Of a stretch of DNA of 64,000 bases, positions 51,437-60,772 are shown in pieces. How positions within the stretch are numbered: the first letter of the stretch is position 1; every line of letters begins with the position of its first letter. The stretch lies in NCBI GenBank assembly GCA_963792965.1, contig CAWBYW010000009.1, forward strand, positions 64,001 to 128,000. Direction: 5' to 3'. This DNA is from an uncultured delta proteobacterium (GTDB taxonomy: Bacteria; Desulfobacterota; Zymogenia; Zymogenales; Zymogenaceae). The notes under the pieces were generated by a model. That model was not told the DNA's origin. It saw nothing but the letters and a program-made list of their open reading frames with translations, and did no database searches. A program made the position numbers and the translations under genes.

Positions 51437-51817
51437 TTATTTCTTTGAATCGGTGTCCTCGGCGGCGAGATAATCGAGAATAACCTCGTCGAGAGATTTC
51501 TCGGAGATTACGGTGTCCCCGAATACGACCTCTCCCTTTTTCGCCTCGACAACCGCTTCTTTCCCTGCCCTCTCAAACACGCCGTTCTTGAGATCGAAGA
51601 GCATCAGCTTATGCTGTTCTTTCATAATCTCCCGCACCACTTCTTCCATCTTATCGGAGCTGACGATATCCGAGTAGCTGGTGCGTTTTGAAGAAAGGAT
51701 AGTCCCGCCTTTATACAGAAGGGTTGTTACCACAGGATTTTCTATGCCGCTGTCCTCAGTCTGGATATGATAGAGGACGCCCCGATACCGAATGTTGTGA
51801 TTGAATCCCGGAATCAT
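51437..51817 (-). CDS. Conserved protein, probable RomY-like MglA polarity-module component
   Basis: GFNHNIRY.G..YHIQTEDSG..NP N-terminus and ISEKSLDEVIL C-terminal motif; lies upstream of ftsEX, as recalled for Myxococcus romY. Confidence 0.6.
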   Translation of the reverse strand: MIPGFNHNIRYRGVLYHIQTEDSGIENPVVTTLLYKGGTILSSKRTSYSDIVSSDKMEEVVREIMKEQHKLMLFDLKNGVFERAGKEAVVEAKKGEVVFGDTVISEKSLDEVILDYLAAEDTDSKK

Positions 51818-51925
51818 ACCATACAACCCCTCTCCACTATGATAGGAGAGTCTTCGGATACCGATACTAATTTATCGGGTTTGATCATTTTTTATACCAT
51901 AACCACCGGATTTCCGCAAGAAAAT

Positions 51926-52945
51926 TTATTCAAAGAGACCCTTTTGCTTCTCCTTGGGTATACGGTCAAAGTGTTGATAGGCGCGCCGTGTCGCAACCCT
52001 TCCCCGCGGCGTCCGGTCAAGATACCCTTCCTGGATCAGGTACGGCTCATAGAGGTCTTCAATGGTATCCTTATTCTCACCGATGGCGGCAGACAGCGTC
52101 TCGATGCCCACCGGCCCCCCGTCGAATTTGTCTATGATCGTCAGCATGAGTTTCCGGTCCATCTCGTCAAATCCGGCCTCATCGACGTTGAAAAGGACGA
52201 GCGCCTCGTGCGCCACGCCACCGTCGATGACGCCGTCCGCCCTCACCTGGGCGAAGTCCCGAACCCTCCTGACCAGCCGGTTGACCACGCGCGGCGTCCC
52301 CCGGGCTCGGGAGGCGATCTGCTGGGCCCCATCCCCGGTCATCTCGATGCCGAGGATCGAGGCGGTGCGGCGGGCGATCGTAACCAGGTCCTGCGCGTTA
52401 TAAAAGTCAAGCCGCGCCACCACCCCGAACCGGTCCCTCAGGGGGGAGGTGATGAGGCCCGCCCTCGTGGTGGCCCCGATCAGGGTATAGTGGGAAAGGT
52501 TCAGCTTGATGCTGCGGGCGCTCGGACCCTGCCCGATGATGACGTCCAGCTCGTAGTCCTCCATCGCCGGGTAGAGGATCTCCTCGACCACGGGAGAAAG
52601 GCGGTGGATCTCGTCGATGAAGAGGATCTCGCGCTCCTCGAGATTGGTGAGGATTGCGGCCAGGTCCCCCGCGCGCTCGATGACGGGGCCGGAGGTCGTC
52701 CTGATGGGGACGCCCAGCTCATGGGAGATGACGTAGGCAAGCGTCGTTTTACCGAGGCCCGGCGGCCCATAGAGGAGGACGTGATCGAGTGCCTCCTTGC
52801 GCTGCCGGGCCGCCTCGATGAAGATCGAGAGGTTTTCCTTGATCTTCTCTTGCCCGACGAACTCGGTCAGACGTTTGGGCCTCAGTCCCTCCTCGAACAA
52901 ACGGTCGTCGTCAAGCGGCTGGGGGCTGTTTATTCGAGTGTCCAT
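51926..52945 (-). CDS. ruvB: Holliday junction helicase RuvB
   Basis: [20 protein letters not shown] and RTPRGR. Confidence 0.98.
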   Translation of the reverse strand: MDTRINSPQPLDDDRLFEEGLRPKRLTEFVGQEKIKENLSIFIEAARQRKEALDHVLLYGPPGLGKTTLAYVISHELGVPIRTTSGPVIERAGDLAAILTNLEEREILFIDEIHRLSPVVEEILYPAMEDYELDVIIGQGPSARSIKLNLSHYTLIGATTRAGLITSPLRDRFGVVARLDFYNAQDLVTIARRTASILGIEMTGDGAQQIASRARGTPRVVNRLVRRVRDFAQVRADGVIDGGVAHEALVLFNVDEAGFDEMDRKLMLTIIDKFDGGPVGIETLSAAIGENKDTIEDLYEPYLIQEGYLDRTPRGRVATRRAYQHFDRIPKEKQKGLFE

Positions 52946-52954
52946 AGGGTCATC

Positions 52955-53545
52955 CTACAGCTTTGAGAGGGTCTTCAGGGCCCGTCTGAGTATATCGCCG
53001 AGGTCGCTTGTGCCCACGCCCGCCGCCTCCCTGACCGCGCCGGCGGCCTCCGAGCGGGAATAGCCGAGGTTAACGAGGGCCTCCACCACGTCGGAGAGAT
53101 CCACCGAATCCCCCGGCCGCGCGGTCTCGCCACTCAGGGCTCGTTTCGAGAGCTTCTCCTTGAGCTCCAGCACGATCCTCTCGGCCGTCTTCTTGCCGAC
53201 GCCGGGAAGCCTGATGAACGCGCTCGTGTCCCCCGCGGCGATGTACGATTCGATATCACGGGCCGACGCCCCCGAGAGGATCGTCGTGGCGAGCTTCGGC
53301 CCGATCCCGGAGACGGAGATCAGGTCGACAAAGAGGGCCCTCTCTTCTTCCGTTGCAAATCCGAAAAGAGAGATGGCGTCCTCCCGCACGTGCGTGTGGA
53401 TGACGAGGTGGACGGTCTGGCCGTTGTCGGGCAGCGCCGCGAACGTGGACAGCGGGATCGTCACCAGATAGCCGACCCCGCCGACATCCAGCACCACATG
53501 GTTGAGGGCCTTCTTGGCGATCCTTCCCGTGAGCGATGCGATCAT
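52955..53545 (-). CDS. ruvA: Holliday junction protein RuvA
   Basis: GVGY, HVRED, VSGIGPK and PGVGKKTAERI. Confidence 0.97.
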   Translation of the reverse strand: MIASLTGRIAKKALNHVVLDVGGVGYLVTIPLSTFAALPDNGQTVHLVIHTHVREDAISLFGFATEEERALFVDLISVSGIGPKLATTILSGASARDIESYIAAGDTSAFIRLPGVGKKTAERIVLELKEKLSKRALSGETARPGDSVDLSDVVEALVNLGYSRSEAAGAVREAAGVGTSDLGDILRRALKTLSKL

Positions 53546-54021
53546 AGGGCCCCTCTGGTCAGGTGTGACTTCCGGGTGTGGAGATGACAGACGGCCACCG
53601 CAAGGGCGTCGCAGATGTGCTCGGAGGTCTTCCCCTTGATACAGAGGATTGCGCGGATCATCGACTCGACCTGCGCCTTTTCGGCGGCGCCGTATCCGGT
53701 AACCGCCGATTTTACTTCCCTCGGTGCGTATTCGAATACCGGGATACCGCGGCGTGCGGCGGCCAGGAAAACGACGCCCCGGGCGTGGGCGAGCTTGAAA
53801 GCGCTGGCAGTGTTCTTCGCATGGAAGAGGCCTTCCACGGCCACCGCCTCGGGGGACGTCTGGTCGAGGATGCTCTCGATACCCGTACAGATGATATCGA
53901 GTCTTTCTCCGAAAGTGAGCACGGCCCCCGGCCGCACCTCACCCATCGAAACGACCTGAAGCGGCTCCTCCCCACAGATCACCCCGTAGCCCGTGACGGT
54001 GATCCCAGGGTCTATCCCCAC
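53542..54021 (-). CDS. ruvC: Holliday junction resolvase RuvC (start uncertain)
   Basis: GIDPG, AVE, ARGV, TGYG.A.K.QV and DALAVA. Confidence 0.92.
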   Translation of the reverse strand: MGIDPGITVTGYGVICGEEPLQVVSMGEVRPGAVLTFGERLDIICTGIESILDQTSPEAVAVEGLFHAKNTASAFKLAHARGVVFLAAARRGIPVFEYAPREVKSAVTGYGAAEKAQVESMIRAILCIKGKTSEHICDALAVAVCHLHTRKSHLTRGAL

Positions 54022-54031
54022 TATCCTTCCG

Positions 54032-54781
54032 CTAAATATCCAGCCCCTCCATGACCTCTTCCGAGATGTCGAAATTGGCATATACGTTCTGGACGTCGTC
54101 GTTGTCGTCCAGCGCGTCCATGAGCCTGAGCATCCTTTCGGCGTCCCTCCCGGTGAGCGGAACGCTGTTCTTGGGGAGCATGGTGACCGACGCGGAGGAA
54201 ATGGGAAAGCCCTTTTTTTCGAGCGTCTCCCTGACGGTCTCGAACTCGGAAGCCTCCGTGAGGACGTCAAAGGCGCTCCCCTCGTCACTGACGTCCAGCG
54301 CTCCGGCGTCAAGCGCCGCTCCCATGAGCGAGTCTTCGTCCGTGCCTTTCTTATCGACCGTGATGACCCCCCTTTTCTCGAAGATATAGCTCACCGAGCC
54401 CGCCTCGCCGAGCCTGCCCGAGTTTCGTGAGAGGATATAACGGATGTCGGCCACCGTCCGATTTCTGTTGTCGGTGAGGACTTCAACCATCAGCGCGACG
54501 CCGCCGGGCCCGTACCCTTCATAAATGGCCTCCTCATAGTGGAAGCCTTCCGCATCTCCGGCGCCCTTCTTGATGGCCCGATCGATGTTGTCCTTGGGCA
54601 TATTGGCGGCCTTAGCGGCGGCGATGGCGGTCCGGAGCCGCGGATTGAAATTCGGGTCGGTGCCGCCTGCCCGCGTGGATACCGTCAGCTCTTTGATCAA
54701 CTTGGTAAACATCTTCCCCCGCTTCGCGTCCACCTCTCCCTTTTTGTGTTTGATGCTCGCCCATTTTGAATGGCCGGACAT
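54032..54781 (-). CDS. yebC: YebC/PmpR family protein
   Basis: [22 protein letters not shown] and DDVQNVY. Confidence 0.97.
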   Translation of the reverse strand: MSGHSKWASIKHKKGEVDAKRGKMFTKLIKELTVSTRAGGTDPNFNPRLRTAIAAAKAANMPKDNIDRAIKKGAGDAEGFHYEEAIYEGYGPGGVALMVEVLTDNRNRTVADIRYILSRNSGRLGEAGSVSYIFEKRGVITVDKKGTDEDSLMGAALDAGALDVSDEGSAFDVLTEASEFETVRETLEKKGFPISSASVTMLPKNSVPLTGRDAERMLRLMDALDDNDDVQNVYANFDISEEVMEGLDI

Positions 54782-54962
54782 ATGAATCCCCCTGTCGTAC
54801 TAGATCACTCAATCCAAAAAACCATCCTCATATTAGCACAAAAATGCCTCTTTTCAATGAAAAAAAGGAGTACCGGGATACCCGTCCATGGACGGATGAG
54901 GTCATCCGTGATACTCCTTGGCCCGCGCTCATGGGCACGTTCGGCCCAACTTCGCCCCTTGC

Positions 54963-55694
54963 CTAAAGATCCGGCTCGGTGTTGATGACGATATCCTCGA
55001 TGGAGGTTCTGCCGGGCATCGGTGTATGAAAGCGCGGATCGATCGACTGACCGCCGACGGTGAGCGTTATGCCGCCCGCGCCCGTCTCCGCCTCAAAGAC
55101 GTCCCCGGACCTTGGTCCCCAGAACCATTCGGCGCGGATCGTCTGCCCGTCGATGGTATAGCGTCCCCGAACAAGGTCCATGGTCAGGTACTTGCGGCTG
55201 ATCTTCTCGCCCGAGAAGTCGACGTTCCACGACAGCGCGATATACTGGGCCAGCCCTTCGGGCTCAAAGGTATAGATGATTGCGGGAGACGAGCTGTAAA
55301 GCGCCCAGTCGCCGAGGATCTGTTCGGGTCTTATCGACGTCTTGGTGATGGACGGTTTCTGGGGAGCGGGCGTTCCCTCATCCGGCACGATGACGCCCGC
55401 ATCAAGCGTGATAAATCGGCCGAAGATGTATCCCTTCTTCCCCTTGAAGACGACCGCGTACCACACATCGAACTGCCCGTTGATAGTTTCGGAGACGTTC
55501 GTCCGCGCGCTCACCTCCAAGCGTGTCCCCTTGTTGATTTGGTCGAGTATTGTGGCGGTGGCTTTCGGCGCTTCCCGGATCCGTACCCCGTCGCCGGCGA
55601 TGGTCGCGTTCTCCACCCCGAACAGCGGGGCCGATACCACGGATACGACGCACAGGGCCCATAACAAGAAAATGGGGAGCATTGTCTTTCTCAT
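54963..55694 (-). CDS. Secreted SH3b-domain protein
   Basis: Signal peptide; VRIREAP...WYAV...GYIFG SH3_3-like motif. Confidence 0.75.
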   Translation of the reverse strand: MRKTMLPIFLLWALCVVSVVSAPLFGVENATIAGDGVRIREAPKATATILDQINKGTRLEVSARTNVSETINGQFDVWYAVVFKGKKGYIFGRFITLDAGVIVPDEGTPAPQKPSITKTSIRPEQILGDWALYSSSPAIIYTFEPEGLAQYIALSWNVDFSGEKISRKYLTMDLVRGRYTIDGQTIRAEWFWGPRSGDVFEAETGAGGITLTVGGQSIDPRFHTPMPGRTSIEDIVINTEPDL

Positions 55695-55775
55695 ACATCC
55701 CTCATGCATGCGGGTTTTCTTATCGGCCTGGCCGCATCTTATCCAGGGGCGACGTCCGCCGGAACGGCCGGGCAC

Positions 55776-56228
55776 CTAAGGAAAGACCTCCTTCCCCTTC
55801 TGAGAGAAGAGCTTCAGGGCGTCCGACGCTGAGCGGATAAACGTGAAGGTAACCATCCCCGTCGTCACTTCCGAAGGTCGATTCGATCCCGTCATCCTCG
55901 TCTTTTTCCAGCGGGCATCCATGAACACCTCGTTTTTCTCGTCGCCCGTCCAAATCCGCTCCGGGACGATTTCGAGCTCAATCGAGGAGGCCGTATCGAG
56001 ACTCTTCTCGATCCGGGCCTGAAGATCCCCGTACCCCTCGAGGTATCGGGCGGACACAAGGGCCATGAACCCCCTTCCGTCGCGGCTTTCATAGGCCAGG
56101 CAGAGCTTGTCGACGACGTTTCGGGCGAGGTCTTCGGTCGACATCTTTGGAGGGGGGGTAGCGGTGGTCGTCGCGCAGGCAAAGAGGACAGCGATGGCCA
56201 CCATCGGATACCAGTTTCTGATTCTCAT
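55776..56228 (-). CDS. Hypothetical lipoprotein (NTF2-like)
   Basis: Lipobox LFAC; AYESRD..GFMALVS..Y pattern. Confidence 0.6.
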   Translation of the reverse strand: MRIRNWYPMVAIAVLFACATTTATPPPKMSTEDLARNVVDKLCLAYESRDGRGFMALVSARYLEGYGDLQARIEKSLDTASSIELEIVPERIWTGDEKNEVFMDARWKKTRMTGSNRPSEVTTGMVTFTFIRSASDALKLFSQKGKEVFP

Positions 56229-56282
56229 CTCTCTTCCGTCTAAAAATTGTTTTATACTACACTACCGGCGATTCGGTAAAGC

Positions 56283-56315
56283 AAAAAAAGGCCCCGCGTC
56301 AGGACGTGGGGCCTT
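56283..56315 (-). terminator. Intrinsic terminator
   Basis: AAGGCCCCGCGTC...GACGTGGGGCCTT stem with an A7 run on + (U-tract on minus), downstream of the ompA-like gene. Confidence 0.7.
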
Positions 56316-56332
56316 GCGTGCGTCGCGCTCCG

Positions 56333-56992
56333 TCAGTGGGTCGGCGAGACGATGGTGGCTTCCACGCGGCGGTTGCGCTGCTTATTGTACGGGGTGTCGT
56401 TGGGAACCAGGGGCCGGTCTTCGCCATATCCATAGGCGGTGATTCTCCGGGGATCTACCCCGTAGGACACCAGGGCGGTCCTCACGGCGTTTGCCCGCAG
56501 CTCGGAGAGGATCTGGTTATATTCCCGTGTGCCGTCGCTGTCCGTGTGCCCCTCTACGATCACCGAGGTGGACGGATCGTCGTTGATGATGCCCGCCACC
56601 CGTGACAGCTCTGCGTAGGCGCCGGGCATTAGCTCGGCGCTCCCGGTGGCAAAAAGGGTATCGTTGGGGAAATAGGCAGTAAGCCGGTTGCCGTTTCGCG
56701 ATGTCTCGTAACCCATGTCCCTGAGGTCCTGTTCCTGTCTCTCGAGCGCATACCCGATCGCGCCACCGACGATAACGCCACTGGCGGCCCCGATGGCCGC
56801 CCCCGTGCCGGCATTCCCCGACGCCGAGCCGATGGCCGCCCCAAGACCCGCGCCGACCAGCCCCCCAATCAGGGCGCCGCTTTCGGTCTTCGTCAGCCCG
56901 CCCCCGGGGGCACAGCTGACGAGGACGAAGATCAATGCCGTCGCAAGGAGAAGAAACGACGAGAAACCTTCTTTCCTACGTATCCGGTTCAT
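56333..56992 (-). CDS. Glycine-zipper OmpA-family lipoprotein (YiaD-like)
   Basis: Gly zipper GALIGGLVGAGLGAAIG; EGHTD, LSELRA and RNRRVE. Confidence 0.9.
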   Translation of the reverse strand: MNRIRRKEGFSSFLLLATALIFVLVSCAPGGGLTKTESGALIGGLVGAGLGAAIGSASGNAGTGAAIGAASGVIVGGAIGYALERQEQDLRDMGYETSRNGNRLTAYFPNDTLFATGSAELMPGAYAELSRVAGIINDDPSTSVIVEGHTDSDGTREYNQILSELRANAVRTALVSYGVDPRRITAYGYGEDRPLVPNDTPYNKQRNRRVEATIVSPTH

Positions 56993-57022
56993 GGACCGCG
57001 CCTCCTCTCGTTGTGGAGATAG

Positions 57023-57622
57023 CTACTGGCCGTTATACCCGGGAGACATCAAGCGGCGATTCTGCTTCTGGTAGTAGTCTTCGGAATAGGGTGTTGTGCT
57101 CGGTGTGGAAGGGCCGGTGTCGTTGCCCGAGTAGGCGCCCTCATTCCCGGAGGGATAACGCTCCTCGGGAGCTGGGCCGTTTCCGTAGTCCTGTCGATAT
57201 CCGTAGCCGGGGTCGTATCCGTAGTTGGGCTCGTATCCGGAAGGCGGCCTGTTATCACATCCTCTCCGATAATACCGGTCGTTGTAGTAGGAATCACCGT
57301 AGTAGGAGTTGTTGTAATAGGAATCGTCATAGGAGGGATCGTAGTAACCGTATCGGTCATTATATTCGGTGGTGTACCCGAGCAGTCCGCCGACGATCGT
57401 GCCCGCCAGGGCCCCGATGCCCGCGCCCTCGCCGGCGTGGCCGGTCGCCGAGCCGATGGCCGCCCCGAGCCCCGCGCCGTAGAGCGTTCCCAAGAGGGCC
57501 CCGCCCCCGGTATAGGTGAGCCCGGGTCCGTAGGGTCCGTAGGCGCAGCCAAAGAGGAGAACGGCGGCCGCCGCGATGAGCAAAACCCTGCCTCTCGTTG
57601 TCTTTATTGTCTTGTTGCTCAT
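57023..57622 (-). CDS. Glycine-zipper lipoprotein with Tyr/Asp/Pro-rich tail
   Basis: Lipobox LFGC; Gly zipper; low-complexity YYD/SYY tail; GGAAGGAG RBS. Confidence 0.75.
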   Translation of the reverse strand: MSNKTIKTTRGRVLLIAAAAVLLFGCAYGPYGPGLTYTGGGALLGTLYGAGLGAAIGSATGHAGEGAGIGALAGTIVGGLLGYTTEYNDRYGYYDPSYDDSYYNNSYYGDSYYNDRYYRRGCDNRPPSGYEPNYGYDPGYGYRQDYGNGPAPEERYPSGNEGAYSGNDTGPSTPSTTPYSEDYYQKQNRRLMSPGYNGQ

Positions 57623-57853
57623 GATCGTTACTCCTTCCATCTCACGTTAAATACACGATAAGAATATCGTCATTTCAAGCGCAATTATATGACCGGGGTC
57701 ACAGTCGAGGGGCGTCGCGAGGTTAAATATAACGGATTTAGTAGCGTATTACGGGGCGCACTCCGCACCGCTCGCCGGAGTCGGCCTCAAGACGGGAGAA
57801 GGGACCCGAAAAGGGAGAGAAGTCGTGCCGTTTACCGGGTTCGGCGGGATTTT

Positions 57854-59050
57854 CTACAGGGAGATACAGTAGAGCCAGCCCTGGTCCGTCCCGATATAGA
57901 CCCTTCCGAAATAGATGGCGGGCTTCACCCGGACACCCCCTTCGAGCTCCGCACCCCAGAGAGTTCTTCCGGTCTTTGAGCAGAGGCAGAGGACTTTGCC
58001 CTGATAATCGGCGACAACGAGGAATTTCCCGGCCAGGACCATCTTCTGGACGCAAATCTCGCCGGTATCGGCCTCCCAGAGCGTCCGCTTGTCTGCCAGG
58101 TCGACGGCCGCGATTCGCGAATAGCCGCCCGGATCGCCCGAGAGCGCCCTGAGGCTCCCGTTGAGGAAGTAGAGCCCCCCGGCGGTATACAGCCGGTTTC
58201 TCATGAGGATCGGGGGCGCCCCGGCCTCGATCGCGTTAAGTCCGATGGATCCGAGGTAGCGCCGCCACGAGTTGTAGTGGGTGTCCCCGCTCTTGCTCCG
58301 ATAGGGGATGAGGTACTCATCGCGAAACAAATAGACGGTCTGGTCCCAGACCACCGGCGCCGAGAAGTAGATGATGTCCCGGTAGCCCTCTTCCTTTTCT
58401 TTACCGGTGAGCTTGGTGATCCAGGCGATCTCGCCGTTCTTGGCCCACACCGCCAGCAGGTGGGAGAGCGTCCGAAAATATATCCGCTCTCCGTCGGTGA
58501 CGGGCCCGAACTTCAGGATGATCCGGTGACCCGCCAGGTCTTTTTCCCACAGGACGCGGCGCCGCTTCAGGTCGTATCCGATGAGGGCCGAATCCCCCCC
58601 GTCTCCCACAAAGCCGAAGAAAGCCTTCTTCCCAACCACGAGCGGGACTCCCGCGGTGCCGGAGTTCTTAGCGTAGATCCGCTCCATGGTCGACAGGTCG
58701 TAGATATGGTTGCTCTTGACCGAATTGGCCTCGGGCGGTGGCGGGGCCACTCCTTTGATATCGGCGCTGCCCAGCCCGGAGAAGGAGAAATAGTGGGCTT
58801 CCGCGTGCCCCATCCGCTCGGCGTACTTTTCGGTATCGGCCATGGTGCCGCTCGTCGCGTTGAAGGCGTAGAGGTACCCCCCTGATTCGATGACCAGATA
58901 GCGGTCCACGACGATCAGCGGGTTGACGACCGGCTCAGACAGCCTCCGCTTCCAGAGGACGGAGCCGACCCTGATCCCCTCTTCCTTCTTTTGTGGTAGA
59001 TGGTAATCCACGCTAACTCCCAGACGAAAGGGCTTTAGATTGTAGCACAT
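57854..59050 (-). CDS. PQQ-like beta-propeller repeat protein
   Basis: Repeated LYAFNA.SG / G...W / PVV....VY blade motifs. Confidence 0.75.
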   Translation of the reverse strand: MCYNLKPFRLGVSVDYHLPQKKEEGIRVGSVLWKRRLSEPVVNPLIVVDRYLVIESGGYLYAFNATSGTMADTEKYAERMGHAEAHYFSFSGLGSADIKGVAPPPPEANSVKSNHIYDLSTMERIYAKNSGTAGVPLVVGKKAFFGFVGDGGDSALIGYDLKRRRVLWEKDLAGHRIILKFGPVTDGERIYFRTLSHLLAVWAKNGEIAWITKLTGKEKEEGYRDIIYFSAPVVWDQTVYLFRDEYLIPYRSKSGDTHYNSWRRYLGSIGLNAIEAGAPPILMRNRLYTAGGLYFLNGSLRALSGDPGGYSRIAAVDLADKRTLWEADTGEICVQKMVLAGKFLVVADYQGKVLCLCSKTGRTLWGAELEGGVRVKPAIYFGRVYIGTDQGWLYCISL

Positions 59051-59150
59051 TGTAGGGCGGAGTCAATACTAAAAATACGCCGGACATACGCGGCCTCGGT
59101 GGGGGAAAGAGCCGGTCGGACGCCCGTTTTCGCCCCCGGAGTGGTTTGTA

Positions 59151-59666
59151 TCAGAGCATCCTGTCGTAACGCTGCTCCGTCCGTTCTTTTCCCCACATCT
59201 CTTTCTTGTGCTGATCCGTGAGGTCAAACCCCATCGACCGATAGAGCGCGGCGGCCTCGGTGTGGACATCCACGGTCATGAGGAATACCCGGCAATAGCC
59301 GGATTCACTGCAAAACGAGAGCGCCTCCTTAAGCAGGAGACGACCGATGCCGAGGCCCCGGATAGCGGGGTCAAGGAGAAACCACCGGAGCTGGGCCTCT
59401 TCGGGGGAGAAGTCCACGACGGCCAGCGAGCCGACGATCTTGTCGTCCTTTTGGAGGATCCATATGCGTTGACGATTGCTTCTTGACAACACGAACTGCG
59501 CCAGCGGAGCCGCCACATACGCCTCGAAGGTAGTGTCGTAGCCGTACTGGCTCGCGTAGAGAATCCCGTGAAGTTTGACGATCGCGCCGAAGTCGCCGGG
59601 CTTCAAATGATGTCTGACGGTAATGTTATCGGGGAGGCGGTCACCACGACGAGGTTTGTCGACCAT
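59151..59666 (-). CDS. GNAT family N-acetyltransferase
   Basis: AQLRWFLL.P..RG.GIG and A..LY...GF. Confidence 0.9.
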   Translation of the reverse strand: MVDKPRRGDRLPDNITVRHHLKPGDFGAIVKLHGILYASQYGYDTTFEAYVAAPLAQFVLSRSNRQRIWILQKDDKIVGSLAVVDFSPEEAQLRWFLLDPAIRGLGIGRLLLKEALSFCSESGYCRVFLMTVDVHTEAAALYRSMGFDLTDQHKKEMWGKERTEQRYDRML

Positions 59667-59899
59667 GACACCGGATTCCTTTCAACGGCAGAGATGAACC
59701 GTCGTCATGATAACCCCTTCATGGTGTCATTGCCAGAGAAAAAGGCCCCCCGTCTTTCCGGTGTCCTGTCTCAGGAAAACGGAAGGAATCGCTATCGCTT
59801 TTTATTTTCTTGTCCCGTAAGCGATTGTCGACACTCGAAAGGTGTGGACATGCGCGACGATCTGTGATATGAAAAATAAACTAAATCGATACCAGTTCA

Positions 59900-60766
59900 T
59901 TGACGGCAGACTCTACCGTGAAAAAGATCGGCATCATCGCCAAGAGAAACAAGAAAGAAGCGGTCGATATCGTGGCCGAGCTTGTCCCGTGGCTCAACGA
60001 GCGCGGGATTGAGGCCCTTGTCGACACTGAAACCGCCGACAGGGCCGGGATCGCCTCCGATATCCGCGCGGAGGATATCCCGCGTGACGCCGACGGAATA
60101 ATCGTCCTCGGCGGAGACGGGACGCTCCTTTTGGCGGCACGGCTCACCGGCGAGCGCGAGATCCCGATCCTCGGGGTCAACCTCGGCAGCCTCGGCTTTC
60201 TCACGGACGTGGCGGTCCCCGAGCTGAAAAACGTCCTTTCGAGCATGATCGCCGACGATTTTCGTGTGGGACGGCGCATGATGCTCGAGGCGGTGGTGGA
60301 GACACACGGCAGGAAGGAGACCTTCTCGGTCCTCAACGATGTCGTCGTCAACAAGGGAAACCTCGCCCGGACCATCAGGCTCGAAGTGTCGGTGAACGGG
60401 GCCTTCCTGACGGTATTCAACGGTGACGGCCTGATCATCTCGACGCCGACCGGCTCCACCGCGTATTCGCTCTCGGCCGGCGGGCCGATCGTCCACCCGA
60501 CGCTCTCGGCCGTCATCATCACCCCGATCTGTCCCCATACCCTCACCAACCGCCCCATCGTCGTCCCCGACTCATCGATGATCGACGTGCGCCTTGCCTC
60601 CGGCGACGGCAACGTCTCGGTCACGCTCGACGGCCAGGTGGGGACGGACTTTTCGCACGAGCACCGGCTGACGATTCATAAATCGGCCAAGGAGATTTTG
60701 CTGGTCGAGCCGCCCGACCGGGATTACTTTGAGATCCTCAGGACCAAACTGAACTGGGGAAGGTAA
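59900..60766 (+). CDS. nadK: NAD kinase
   Basis: GGDGT, GVNLGSLGFL, LND and STPTGSTAYSLSAGG. Confidence 0.96.
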   Translation: MTADSTVKKIGIIAKRNKKEAVDIVAELVPWLNERGIEALVDTETADRAGIASDIRAEDIPRDADGIIVLGGDGTLLLAARLTGEREIPILGVNLGSLGFLTDVAVPELKNVLSSMIADDFRVGRRMMLEAVVETHGRKETFSVLNDVVVNKGNLARTIRLEVSVNGAFLTVFNGDGLIISTPTGSTAYSLSAGGPIVHPTLSAVIITPICPHTLTNRPIVVPDSSMIDVRLASGDGNVSVTLDGQVGTDFSHEHRLTIHKSAKEILLVEPPDRDYFEILRTKLNWGR

Positions 60767-60772
60767 GGGAGC

